Of a stretch of DNA of 64,000 bases, positions 47,832 to 59,800 are shown piece by piece. The stretch covers positions 236,052 to 300,051 of the forward strand of contig DF236954.1 of assembly GCA_000708835.1 (NCBI GenBank). Direction: 5' to 3'. Within the stretch, counting starts at the first letter, position 1, and the number at the start of each line of letters is the position of its first letter. Source of the DNA: Klebsormidium nitens. Lineage: Eukaryota > Plantae > Klebsormidiophyceae. The position numbers and the translations under genes are program-made. The notes under the pieces are model-generated. The model was not told the origin of the DNA and made no database searches. It was given only the letters and a program-made list of their open reading frames with translations.

Positions 47832-50459
47832 GCTCTTCACTAGATCGAGAAATACGAGGCGCACCCTCAATCAAGAATGTGGGCATGGCCGCAGCTGGGC
47901 GGTTGTCGGCGCATTAGCGGGGACATATGGAGTCAAAAGCTTTCCTACGACTCAAGGAATTGGAGTGGTCCCAAAAGTTAGATCATCATTCAACCGTGTG
48001 AATAATATTCGAACGGTTCAAAAGGCATTGGAAAACCGAATTGAACGTCGACCGGGGCAGATCGAGGGTTCTGAATCTTAGACAGGAACGAAATGCTTCT
48101 GAGAAGGCAAGCATATTACGAACCCAGCAAAACTGCTCCTACTGAGCAAGGGATGCTGGGCGGTCAAAAAGTAGGGCAGTTCAAGTCCAGAGAAGCATAC
48201 AGAGGAATGATCAAGCAAGGCCGGTCTTCTCGCAAACGACTCCATAAGTATCAACCTTCCTTGAAGAGACGGACTTTCTAGATTTTACTGGTCACGAGAA
48301 AGTACTGTATCACCAGAAACAAGAGAGAGCAATCGGATCTCCAGAGGAAATATCGGGGGAGTCCGTGAACACCCGTCAACAATAATGCAGAGAGGCGATG
48401 ATTGGATGCAGACACTCGGCGGGTAGCTTCATCAGGCAACCCACAGAGCAATCTGTGCATAAAAAAAACGACCCGAAGGCAGAGGTAATTTCGTGCTGTA
48501 AATATGAGGATTGACAATACTGGGACCAGGAAAGAGATCGTTCGGTGGCTGACAATTCAACCTTAAGAGAAGCGTGTGCTCAGGGGCCGACTGTTGGCCT
48601 TGGGGCTGGATCGCAACTCACCACTGCGACGCACGCACAAAACCATCGTCTAAAGCGTTCGATAGCGATTGGACGTCTCAAACCCGTGTTAAAGCTATCC
48701 CCCGATGCAAAGCAAGCTGCCAATTTTCACAACGCACAGGTGAGACAATCACCTACCCTTCTAGGACAACGGAAAATCAGGCTCGACCAGGCCCTCGAAA
48801 GAGGATTTGGCCCGTCTGCCCAAGTAAAACTACGAAGTTGACATACGGCTTTGGCCCCTTCGCTGCCGGGCAACATCAAGCGGCATCTGGTTTTGAAAAA
48901 TCCAAGAGACCTGGGCAGCTTCTACGCCTGCCAGAAGGAAAGCGAAGGGATTATTCAGGCTGGGTTCCGGGCAGCCGGGCTGCCCCCAGTTTTGGGATTG
49001 CTTGCCATGTGGGTTTGTTAAGTGTGACCTTTCCTTGGGCGATTACTAGTCAGACGGAGGGGGCCAGAAGCCGGCCACACTACGAGAGCAGAAATACGAT
49101 CAGAGGGTTGTATAATCTTTGCCAGCAGTACGAACAAGGAGCTCTAGCCTCCTTCAAGCTGTTGAGTTTTCCTTTAAGTGTTAATCGAGCGGCTGAGCTC
49201 ATTGAGTGTCTTTATCATAGCCTTTCTGATCGGACAAGTTACAAAGTGAAGTGACTTCCTCCAAATCCTGCTCGTAGATTTCGATGCATGGGACTATGAG
49301 ACTCGTGGAACAGAAACGCTTGACCCCGCGAAGGAAGCCGAGCGCCATTAGGAATGCTTCGCCAGCACTCTACGGACAAAAAGGAGCGAAGCTTGATACA
49401 GTCGCTTGATTTTGTCCTTTCGTCGTAACAAGATAATCAAAACTAGAGGACGGCACAAAAGAGCAGGCGTTTAGAGGAATAAAGCCAGTCGAACGGAACA
49501 TCCGAAAGCGCATGCAGTGCCCTTAGCCGAAGTTCGATTGCTTGGTCTCGAAAGGGGTCCCTAGTCGCTGGTACGCTGGGATGTGTTATCATTCTGGACG
49601 CATTCGCGAAGCGATGGGCAGCAAGTACGTTTCCACAGGTGCGATGATCTCTTTGGCTTCGCGGGTAGGAAGTCAAGTGCCCCTCTGAGCATATCGTCTC
49701 ATCGCACACCTTCGTCATTGCCAAGCAAGTCTTGCAAAAGTTCATCCAACCCACCTCAGGTTTAACGAGAACGCACTCCCAGTTTCGTCCAAACCGCACA
49801 ATCGGCTAAATGCAAATCAACTGCATTTTGCCTGCAGTACGGATACTCTGGTGAGAACCGGGATGCCAGCATATCCTGGTATTGCTTGCCTGACGATCGC
49901 CCACGTGGCCCGCAAATTGCGGCCGTACATCACAAGCTCACACCGGGGCTGGTACACAAATTCGGCAGGGCTGATAAAGACTCAATTCTCCCATTACACG
50001 GTTACCGGTACCCATCTGTGAGCTTGATGGGTCTTTTCCAAAGACGCCCAGCTCAGACAGCAAGCTGGAAAAGCAACCGACACCATTACAGAAAGCCGCA
50101 ACTACTGCAGCAGAAACGAGCCACGGAAAACCTCTGGGTGGTACGCAGGGCACCGTTTGCAAACGCTGAAAGTGACGCGAAGACGCGCGGGCAGCGTTGA
50201 GTGAGCCAATTTACCCAAAAAGGCTCCCCCTCAACAAATTCGACAAGCTGGCCATGCCAGCCTAGAGCAGTAAGAATTTGAACGTTGAGAGAAAAGTAGA
50301 TTGCGGCTATGGGTTCCCGCAGCGATCAACATCAGCCACAGCCCCCCCAATCAGCACCCATCGAAGTCGGATCAAAAAGAAGTTAGACGTCCCTCTGTGA
50401 GGTGCTGTCACATGCCTCGAGGAGCAATACACGTTACAGAATCATTTTCAAAGACGGAC

Positions 50460-52830
50460 TCTAGCTGGCCGACTATGACTGTTTTCGGTGGCTTGGATCC
50501 TGACACTCAACGACGACCCTGAGGGATCCCTGGGCGTTTCTCTTCATAGCCAGAAATTGAAGGTAATGGAGAGATAAGTCGTGCGAGACACTTGAACAGG
50601 AGGATTGAACTCGTCCACCCTGAAAGAGCGGGATATATTCCGAATATTGTTGGTCAAAGTCGCAATCCGGCCAGCAGCAAAGGGGACAGAATCCAAGTGG
50701 TCTAGAGCGATATTCCGATCTCCAAGCAATGAGCAAGAAACATGTAAACGATCCGAGCAGCCAATTGAAAAGACTACTACTTCGCACTTAGGAGATCAAT
50801 GTAACCTTCTCGGTATGCTGGTCAACTGGACACTCAAGGTCGAACAGAAACAGCTCGGATCAGCATACAGCGACGGCAAAAAAAGGCCGACTCTGATACC
50901 ACTCGTTTTGAGACAAGCAGGAAGGCGGGCCGTGATCTCGAGAGCATGTGAAGTGGCAATCCAAATAAAAGCGGGCCAGTGACAAGGGCTGACTTTCTCA
51001 TGAACGACGGCTGCGCGGAAGACGACGCTGTATCTTTTTCAGTGGGCCCCGAGGGCCTGCTGAGCGCTGCGCTCGAGATGATGCCGATGATTACAGCTAC
51101 GAGCTACTAGCCACCGCTCATGAGAGCGATGATGGCTTCAGCTCACATTTCAGAGGCTAAGAGGTACCCTCAGTATCACAACTTTCGAGATCACGGCCAA
51201 AGGGCGAAAGGAGAAGATATTGTAATTCAGTCCTCACAGGTTATTCTAGAAGCCGAACATTCCTCCGGAAACATGCTATAAACTGACCTGAAGGAACGGA
51301 GTGATCTGGTCAGAAAAAGTCGCGCTACTTTATCAATGGTGGCTTCGACTTAGGAAGCTTCTCCTGAGCGGGAAAGCTCGTTCCGCCTTTTCCATCATAC
51401 ATAGCCTCCAGCTTGCTGGAATCAGTCGAACAAGTGAAGTGGCTTCCTCCAAGACTTTCACAAAGTTGCTCAAATTTACAGTGGGACCATCAGGCTGGTA
51501 CAACCGAGAACTTTTGACCCCTTGAAGAATGGTGAGCCCTTTCGAAACGCTGAGACGTTTCGCGACACCCGTAAGGTGAAAAGGAGCGACGCTCGATGAA
51601 GTCGCAAAATGATCTTTCCTAGAATATTACAAGCGGTGAAACTGTGCACCAGGATAGAAAGCAAGCAGCACTGTCTTTTCAACAGGTACAGTAATTTTCT
51701 TGGCTCGAGCGTATGACTTGTAAGCGGCTAGTTGAGGACAGCGTCTCATCGCCGCCTTCTTCAGTGCCAGAAAGTCCGATAGAAGACTAACGGATATGAC
51801 TTCTGCTTTGATTAGCTTCTGCAGGGCTTTCGCTTGCAACATCAAGTCTTTCCTCACATGCACCATAGCCATTACTAGCAGAGGCAAAACCACTGCAGTC
51901 TGCCTGCAGTAAGATTGGTCAGAAGCGAGAGCTTAACAGATTGCGATGGCTCGCCCGTCGGATATCCGCGCTTCCAACATGGCCCCGTAGTTGTCGGCCT
52001 TGACGCAAGTCTTCAACCAGGGAATAATCTTGTAGAAAAAGTCAGTATGAGGACAGACAAAACTCAACTGCTTCAATCTTGTGCAAAACACGCGTGTCAA
52101 CTGAAGATTCTACTGGGTTGCTTTGAAAAAATTCATGCAGCTCTTACATCAGGCTGGAAGAATGTGCGATACCCTACCCTACGACTGCATGGCAGTTGTA
52201 TGAGCGATAAACTGGACGGTACTCAACAGAGAGCGCACCGCCTGCAACCCGCAAAAGCTATGTGAGTACATGCGCGGCGAGGGGGCTGCATCAGCTGTCC
52301 ACCAAGATCAGGACTCAGCTAAAAGAGCACTGGCAAGATAGATTGGCCACATTTAAAACGAAAAGTCGAAACCCGTTGAAGCAGTGGCCAGATCAGTCAA
52401 GGAGATAACCATACGCCGCTTTACGATTTCCGCAGCAAGCATCGTAAGGTGACATATCACCATCAAGCACCCCATCATAGCAAAGAGGTCACAAAAGAAG
52501 CACACCATTTTCGTGCAATGAATTTATCACATGCGCCAAGACGATAAACTAATGCTAGAAGATTATTCGATCTGAAAGAAACATTTAGTCTGGAGGCCTA
52601 GAATACCTTCTGTGGCTTGGAATTGTTGAGCAGCAACATCACTGAGCATGCTCAGAACTTTCCTCTTCATTGCCAAAAGTTGGAGGTCACCAACGGGCAC
52701 CTTGCGTAAGCACCCAGCAAGGCGCTGGAACACAACCCATGATCTGGTCCAGTCAGATCTGTAACTCGAAGAGCCTTATGAAAATCCAATCAGAGCCGCA
52801 AGCAGCAGCGAGCAGCAATGGATACAAAAC
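50460..52830. repeat. Diverged direct repeat B, copy 2
   Basis: Shared colinear words with 42350-45130, as listed for copy 1. Confidence 0.65.
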
Positions 52831-53866
52831 GGGTATTGATACTGAACAAGAACTGGTACCTTCAAGCAACCAGCAAAGACCGACGGACTCGACCCTGGCG
52901 CACAGCCATGATCTCCAGAGCAGGCGAAGTGGAACGCTGATTGGGCCAATGACACGAACTCGACCTTTTCAAGAACAATGCGATCGACACAATCAAAGAG
53001 GCTGTACCTTCACAGTGGGTGTGCAAACACCCTGATGAACTTTGCGCTCAAAGTGACGCCGATCATCGCTACGACACAATTGTACTAGCTAGCATCCCGC
53101 TCCTCGAAGACAAGGTGGTGGCTCGATCGAAGAAATGATGCATTTTGCCTCAACCTCAATTCTGTTCATGCCCACGCAGACATGAGTTCGATCAGGTGTC
53201 GTTCTCAGGGACTTGTAAACAGCCGAAGGAACTCTAAGATCTGAGATTTTATACGAGGACTACTTAGTCCTCGGATCTCCGAAAATGGAAGAAGGCTCGA
53301 GACCGCGGGCGAAAAATGGACCGCAAAGTCTGCTCGCAAGTAGCAAGAGAACATACAAATAAATACATCCGAAAAGCTTCCAGTCATTTTCAGAAAAGAA
53401 CGGTCTATACCAAGAAGGAAACGGGAGAAAGGTGGTCAAGTGAGCTGTAAATTTCACTCGAAGGACTCTCGCCACAAACATTCAAAGCAGTACATGGAAA
53501 AAACAAGATGGACTGTGTTGACTGTGTTGAGGAGAGTTGAGCAAACGTAACAGACTGCGAATCTCTGGAGCCACCACGCACATTCGCAATCACCAGAAGA
53601 AGCTTACAAGCTGAATTGTCTCGAGCGCTCGTGAGGCTTTGACGTGCAATATCCTTGTGAGTCGAGCCCTTCAGGAAACTCATCAGTCGAGTAACGTTTC
53701 TGATTGTTTCTAGTTTGGGTCTCCACACCCTCTCTTAGTACTTTCTAGCCCACTGAGAGAACCCCTTGATGACCAACCTCACATGACTGTTCATGGCCCT
53801 TGACAAATCCCCTCTCCATTGATTCTTCACCCTTCCTTCCTTACCCTCTATTCAAACTAGCACCCC

Positions 53867-56800
53867 TCAATCGTCCTCATCCCGCTTCTGGCGCTTCTTC
53901 CGCCGCCCCCCCTCCTCCGCCTGCGCCGCTCTTTTGGCCTTCTGCCCCTCTTCGACGTACCGCTTCTTCCGCTCCTCCTTGCTGTACGCGCGCCGCCCTG
54001 CTTCGTCCAGCGCCTTCTTCTTCTCGTACGCGACCCGCCGCCGCGCCTGCATCTCCTGGCGCTTCTTGAGCTTCGCGTTGCGCAGCGTGTTCAGCTGCTG
54101 GACCAGCGTGTAGGCGCGACGTTCCGACGGCTCCATAACCACCGCGCGGCGCCTGGCAGGGAGAAACGGCGAGTGTCAGACTGAGCTAAGACTAACAATT
54201 TCTGCTCTGCATTTGGACGTGTGGGACAAGTTTCTTTTGAGTTCAGTTTAGGTATTTCTTGCGATTGGGGTTTCGGAGGGAGGACAAGGTCCAAGTAACT
54301 TTCACAAGGTTGAGCTGCTGGACAAGCGTATACAGGGCGCTCCGCAGCTCCATCACCACCGCGTGCCGCCTGACAATTGAACTCAAAGCACGGATGAGAA
54401 ACTGACGATCTTACAGAGCGTTCCTGAGAAGAGGTAAGATTGGGGAGCTATGGTCTACTTTGCAGTGTACGCGGTTGTCTACTTTGGTGGTGTAAGGAGG
54501 CAGACATTGGATCTGACCGACAGAGCAGGCTGCCGTTGAAGCCGGTAGAGACGCCGCTCGAGATGCTTCGATTGACGACGCCTCGGATTGAGGGGATATA
54601 ACACGACTGCAAGAGGTCCTTGCGGGTTTGACGCGGGCATAGAGGAATCCGAAGATGTCTTTCCGAAACGCTAACCGAACGACCAGCCAAAGTCGGGAGT
54701 TGCTTTTGACGAAGCCCTGCTGCTCAGAGCAAACCGCTAATCCCGCTTGAACATATTATGAATCTAGGCATGTCGCAGGTCGTTGACCTTTCCCTGCCTG
54801 ACTTTCTATCGGATGCCGAGCTGACAGCCGGAGCTCGAAGTACTACTTACGAACTTGAGGGTTACAGCCTTGCGCCTATTCAAAGGCGGAGGTCCGAAGG
54901 TCGCAGAGAGAAGCTAGAGTAATCGATGAAGAAAGTTTTAACTCAGAGAAGGCAGAGAGTCCTTACTGGTCGAGCAGCTTCCTCTTGCGCCGCTCCTCCA
55001 CCTTGGGCTTCGACTTGAACGGCAGCGCCGCTTGGAGCGCCTTTGGGATCTTAAGGGCGTTGAACTTGCGCGCAGACCGTTCGACGGGCTGCGAAAGTGA
55101 CATGACAGTTGAGTCTGAAGTCTTTCTTGTCACAGCTTTCAAGCCTTTTTAAGAAGATGGTCAGCCGCCAATAGAAGTGAGGTTCCTTCGACGCTATTTA
55201 TAAACATCTTCTACGATCAAGCAAAGCACAGCTGTTACTTCAAAATTCACGCTCTCGACACGATTTCCGTAAGGTCGCAGACGGCCCTTGTAATGCCAAC
55301 TCGAAAAACCTACTCTGCGGTGGAGGATTGTGCACCTGCCCGTGCAGCACAACAAAAAGGCTCCCTCACCGTCAAGCCATACGAAGGCGTGGAAAACCGA
55401 TTATAGAGGGGACCACACGCGAGAACCAAAAGCATGCGCCTGTCCATTTCTGAGGAGGCTGTTCTGATGAAATGAGAGCAACACGTGCGCCTCTGCGCGG
55501 CACGAAGTCCTGCGCAGTGATTTCTGGTTGCATATTCCTCAAAAGAAGGAGGCAAACCAGATTGAAGAGAAATTCGCTCACCTTATATAGGCTGTCCTTG
55601 TTGACGGGAATGGGCACCCCCGCCTCCCGCCGGATCTCCCCAACAGTGCGCATTCCGCGCCACGGCCGGTTGGGCCCGTCCAGGAGTGACGTCACGGGGG
55701 TGAAGAAGCGGGGGAGGGCGACCTGGACCCAGGTGCGCAGGAAAACGATGTCGCTCATCAGGATCTTGTCCTCGAACGTGCAGCGCGCGGCGCCCTCCTT
55801 GCCCTGGCCCATCTGCGAGGGGAAGAAGATGACGTCAGCACGAGAGGAGTAGATAACGTGCGACCCCTTCCAAGAATGAATTGAGGCTCAGTACGAGCGT
55901 CCCGACGAAAAGACGGTACATTCATAAGGCATGCTGGTATCTGCTGAATTGTGACGAGACCAATCATTGGTGCGTGCCGGCTTAGGTAGGACGCCGAGCA
56001 GGCGCTCCTTTCAGTATTGCACAGGAATTCAGAATCACTGATGTCCCCATGCCAAATCAACCTTGAATAAGGAAACATGTTGCGCAACCCAGCGATGGAC
56101 CTGGCAGTGCGTTTCTGCATTCAAGGTGCTCAAGTCCCAATTCAGAGGCTTCACAGTCAACATTGGCCTCTTGTAAGTCATATTCGTCAAGTCGATGTAC
56201 AAACCTTCATGGTACACTGCTCTACGCTTTTACAGAAGCATGTCGACTATACCCACCTTGACGGCCTTCTTGACCTGCCCCCTGATGCCGCTGACGGTGC
56301 GCACGGACGCGCCCTCGAAGCGGGCTACCTCCAATGAGGAGGTGAACAGGTCCTTCACGAACGCCGTGTTCTTGTAGATCTGCAGTACAGCGGTAAGAAC
56401 AATCAGATACGGCACCTTGGCGTGTCGGAAAGTTTGCACCTTCCGACCAAAGCTCAAAGAACAGCCGCATAAAACTTCAAGCATAGCTCGCAACGTCGGA
56501 AGGTTTTTTTGCTGGTAGAGCTCCTTTCACATGTGCAGCACTAGAAGCAACCAATGGTAATTCCGCCGTTGCAAGCAGACCATCGCGGACTCATCGATCG
56601 ACGTTGCATGGCAGAGAATAGTGAACTAAATGCGCCCTGAGCTTTCAATCTGCCAACATCAGGCGCAACCTCAGTGCAGGTATCTGCATATGATCTCGCA
56701 ATTCTCTTCTTAGTGCTAAGAGGACTTAGGAAAGTGTGTCGAAAATGAAAGAAAAAGAGACGCAATTGGAGCTGACATTCCGAGCTGAAAGATCCAGCAG

Positions 56801-59800
56801 GTTCGACGTGGAAACAACGACGCACCTTGTAGGGGTGCCCCACAAGCTTGAGTTTTTTGACGATCTTGGAGCTCTGGTCCAATTCCAGGACGACACCTGT
56901 CGCGCTGATGCGGAACGTGGACACGTTGTTGGCCAGGCTCTGGAAGGCGACGAAGCCGGTGTTGGGGGGGGCTAGGGGGCCTGCGCGACAAAATATAAGT
57001 TTCGGGGTTTTAGGGTTCTGAGTCAACAAAGCTTGCTCCATCTTGNNNNNNNNNNNNNNNNNNNNNNNNNNNNNNNNNNNNNNNNNNNNNNNNNNNNNNN
57101 NNNNNNNNNNNNNNNNNNNNNNNNNNNNNNNNNNNNNNNNNNNNNNNNNNNNNNNNNNNNNNNNNNNNNNNNNNNNNNNNNNNNNNNNNNNNNNNNNNNN
57201 NNNNNNNNNNNNNNNNNNNNNNNNNNNNNNNNNNNNNNNNNNNNNNNNNNNNNNNNNNNNNNNNNNNNNNNNNNNNNNNNNNNNNNNNNNNNNNNNNNNN
57301 NNNNNNNNNNNNNNNNNNNNNNNNNNNNNNNNNNNNNNNNNNNNNNNNNNNNNNNNNNNNNNNNNNNNNNNNNNNNNNNNNNNNNNNNNNNNNNNNNNNN
57401 NNNNNNNNNNNNNNNNNNNNNNNNNNNNNNNNNNNNNNNNNNNNNNNNNNNNNNNNNNNNNNNNNNNNNNNNNNNNNNNNNNNNNNNNNNNNNNNNNNNN
57501 NNNNNNNNNNNNNNNNNNNNNNNNNNNNNNNNNNNNNNNNNNNNNNNNNNNNNNNNNNNNNNNNNNNNNNNNNNNNNNNNNNNNNNNNNNNNNNNNNNNN
57601 NNNNNNNNNNNNNNNNNNNNNNNNNNNNNNNNNNNNNNNNNNNNNNNNNNNNNNNNNNNNNATCAGAGGGTGTAAACGCAGTGTGCTGTCATCTGCATAT
57701 GAAGGCAACTTTTGCGCTGCGACTGCACGCTGGATGTCCTGAGAGAAGCAATACGAAACGCTCGTTCCATTCTCTAAACCGCTTTTGCCCTCTCAGTACG
57801 GCGGCCAAAGAGGCAAGCTGCTTCGTTTTCGACAGAGGACAAACCGAAAAGGAAAAGAGCGGCGCTCCAGCCTTCGGCTTGCCGCCACACAGATTCTGAC
57901 ACGGCCACCATGTTTCTATAACAAGCAGATCTGCACCGCTGGCAAGCAGGTGGAACTGCCTTGAAACCTCGCAGGCACGAGATGAACGTTTTAACACTAC
58001 AGTACAAGTCCTCGTCTTGCTAGACACTCAACGAGTATCCATTTGAAGTACAGAAAAGGCAAATAACGGATCGGTCAGACTGGGTCGTTTGACTGACCGT
58101 AGAAGCTGGCGAGGCAGTGCATGTGCTCCGGTGTGTACTTGAGCATGCGGTGCCGCCCGTTGCGGTCCTCGAGGCTGTACACGGGGAGCGTCTGGAAGCG
58201 CCGCCATCCGAGGGACACAACCAAGGGATCCCGCGTCTTGAGCACCCTGCGAGCCCAACGGTGCTTCTTGACACGCACCTGCCGAAATGGAAAATGTGTC
58301 GATCAAAACTTCCGGCTACAATCAGGTTAGGCAAGGTGCACGATCGCTTGGTATCGCACCAGGCGTGAGAGCACCCTGCGGCCCTATTGTGCTTCTTCGC
58401 ACGCATATGTCAAGAATCGAAAGAGAACTGGGTAAAAAGCCATTAAACTCAAGATGGAGATCCGAGGAAGGGGTGATATAGTAAATGAGAGGAACCAGGT
58501 CGACCGGTTGTTCGGCTTCGAGTTGGAACCGGTGGTTTTAGTCCTTAATATTCCACCAAGCGTAAGAGGCGTGTATGAGAACACCACAGCGGAGCTGACA
58601 CAGGTATATCGTGTCGTCACTTCTCAACACGCGTTCGGCCCCCTCGCCTCGAGCACTTCTCAAAACTCCGCTTCGTAGTAACATTCTCCTACCCGAACGC
58701 ACAAAAACTGAAATCCAACTTGCAACGAAACGTGCCTCCTCGTCTGGTGAAGCTTGCGACATGCATATCGAGAGCAAGTAAGAGAAGAACCTCGTAAAGC
58801 CTACAATTAAGATACAGAAGCATCCGGCGACTGAGCCCTCACCGTCATGTAGCCGACGGCCTCCTCGGCCTGGCCCAGGCCGCCAACTAGGATGGGAAAG
58901 CGCGGGTCGAAGTTGGCCACCAGCTCGCACGGCACGCCCTGCAGCTCCAGCCGGACGTACGTCCCCGCGCGGTAGCCCTCCATGCTCACCTGAAAAGACA
59001 CAAGATCAATTCAGGTTATGCGAAAACCTTCCAAAGCAGGAATGTTTGAGATGATGCTCGTCGGCACTTGCATACTAACCAGGGCACCCTCAAAGTCACC
59101 ACCAATACCTTGATTTTCAAGGACTGGCAGCTGATTGGGAAATGTCTTTGCTGGGAAAGTGGTAGAACGAAACAACATGGCGCTTTTGAGTTTGAAAGTA
59201 CGGCAGATTGACTTGTAACCTACAAGCAATCCTTGTCCGCGTATAACAAGACTGGAACTCCTCGCAACCAACTTTTGAATTCGGCGACATTGCCACTGTA
59301 CATCGAACCAAAACCCAAGCAACTCAACACCAAGGACTCGTTTACACTTCTGATGATGTACGCTTCCGCACAAACACGCTTGGTGAGATGATAAGAAGAC
59401 CTCATCACGACCGGCGCTTCATAATAAGGTTCAGAAACGACTCGGTAATCGATCATCTGGTTTCATCAACGCGACTGAAAGTGACGTCGGCCCTAGCAAA
59501 TCACCACTTATCCACTCCTCACCCTTAGCTCCGGGTCCAGCGTCGCGAGCTCCGCCTGGTTGCGCAGCCTCCGTTCCTCCATCTCTTTCTTGACCACCGC
59601 ATGGTGATCGTCCACCGCAGCATCCCGCGCGCTCTGCATGTACCCTTTCTTTGGACGCCCGCTTGGGCCCTTCTCGTTCTCCCCCCCCTCTTCTTCCTCC
59701 TCTTCCTCCCCCCCTTCGAGACCAGAATACTTCGCATCAAACTTCGCCCTCAAAGCCAGCTTCTTCAGGCGGCGCTCCTCCGCTTCGGGATCCGCGTTCT

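Noticed and set aside
51340-51900. Gypsy integrase-like stretch on the minus strand (GVKSSRLYQPDGPT...VLEE)
   Set aside because: The resemblance is weak and its spacing to other motifs is wrong. The paralogous copy near 43500-44100 conserves the plus-strand frame instead.
57010-57899. ORFs 57010-57708, 57033-57899 and 57043-57675
   Set aside because: Artefacts of translating the N gap.
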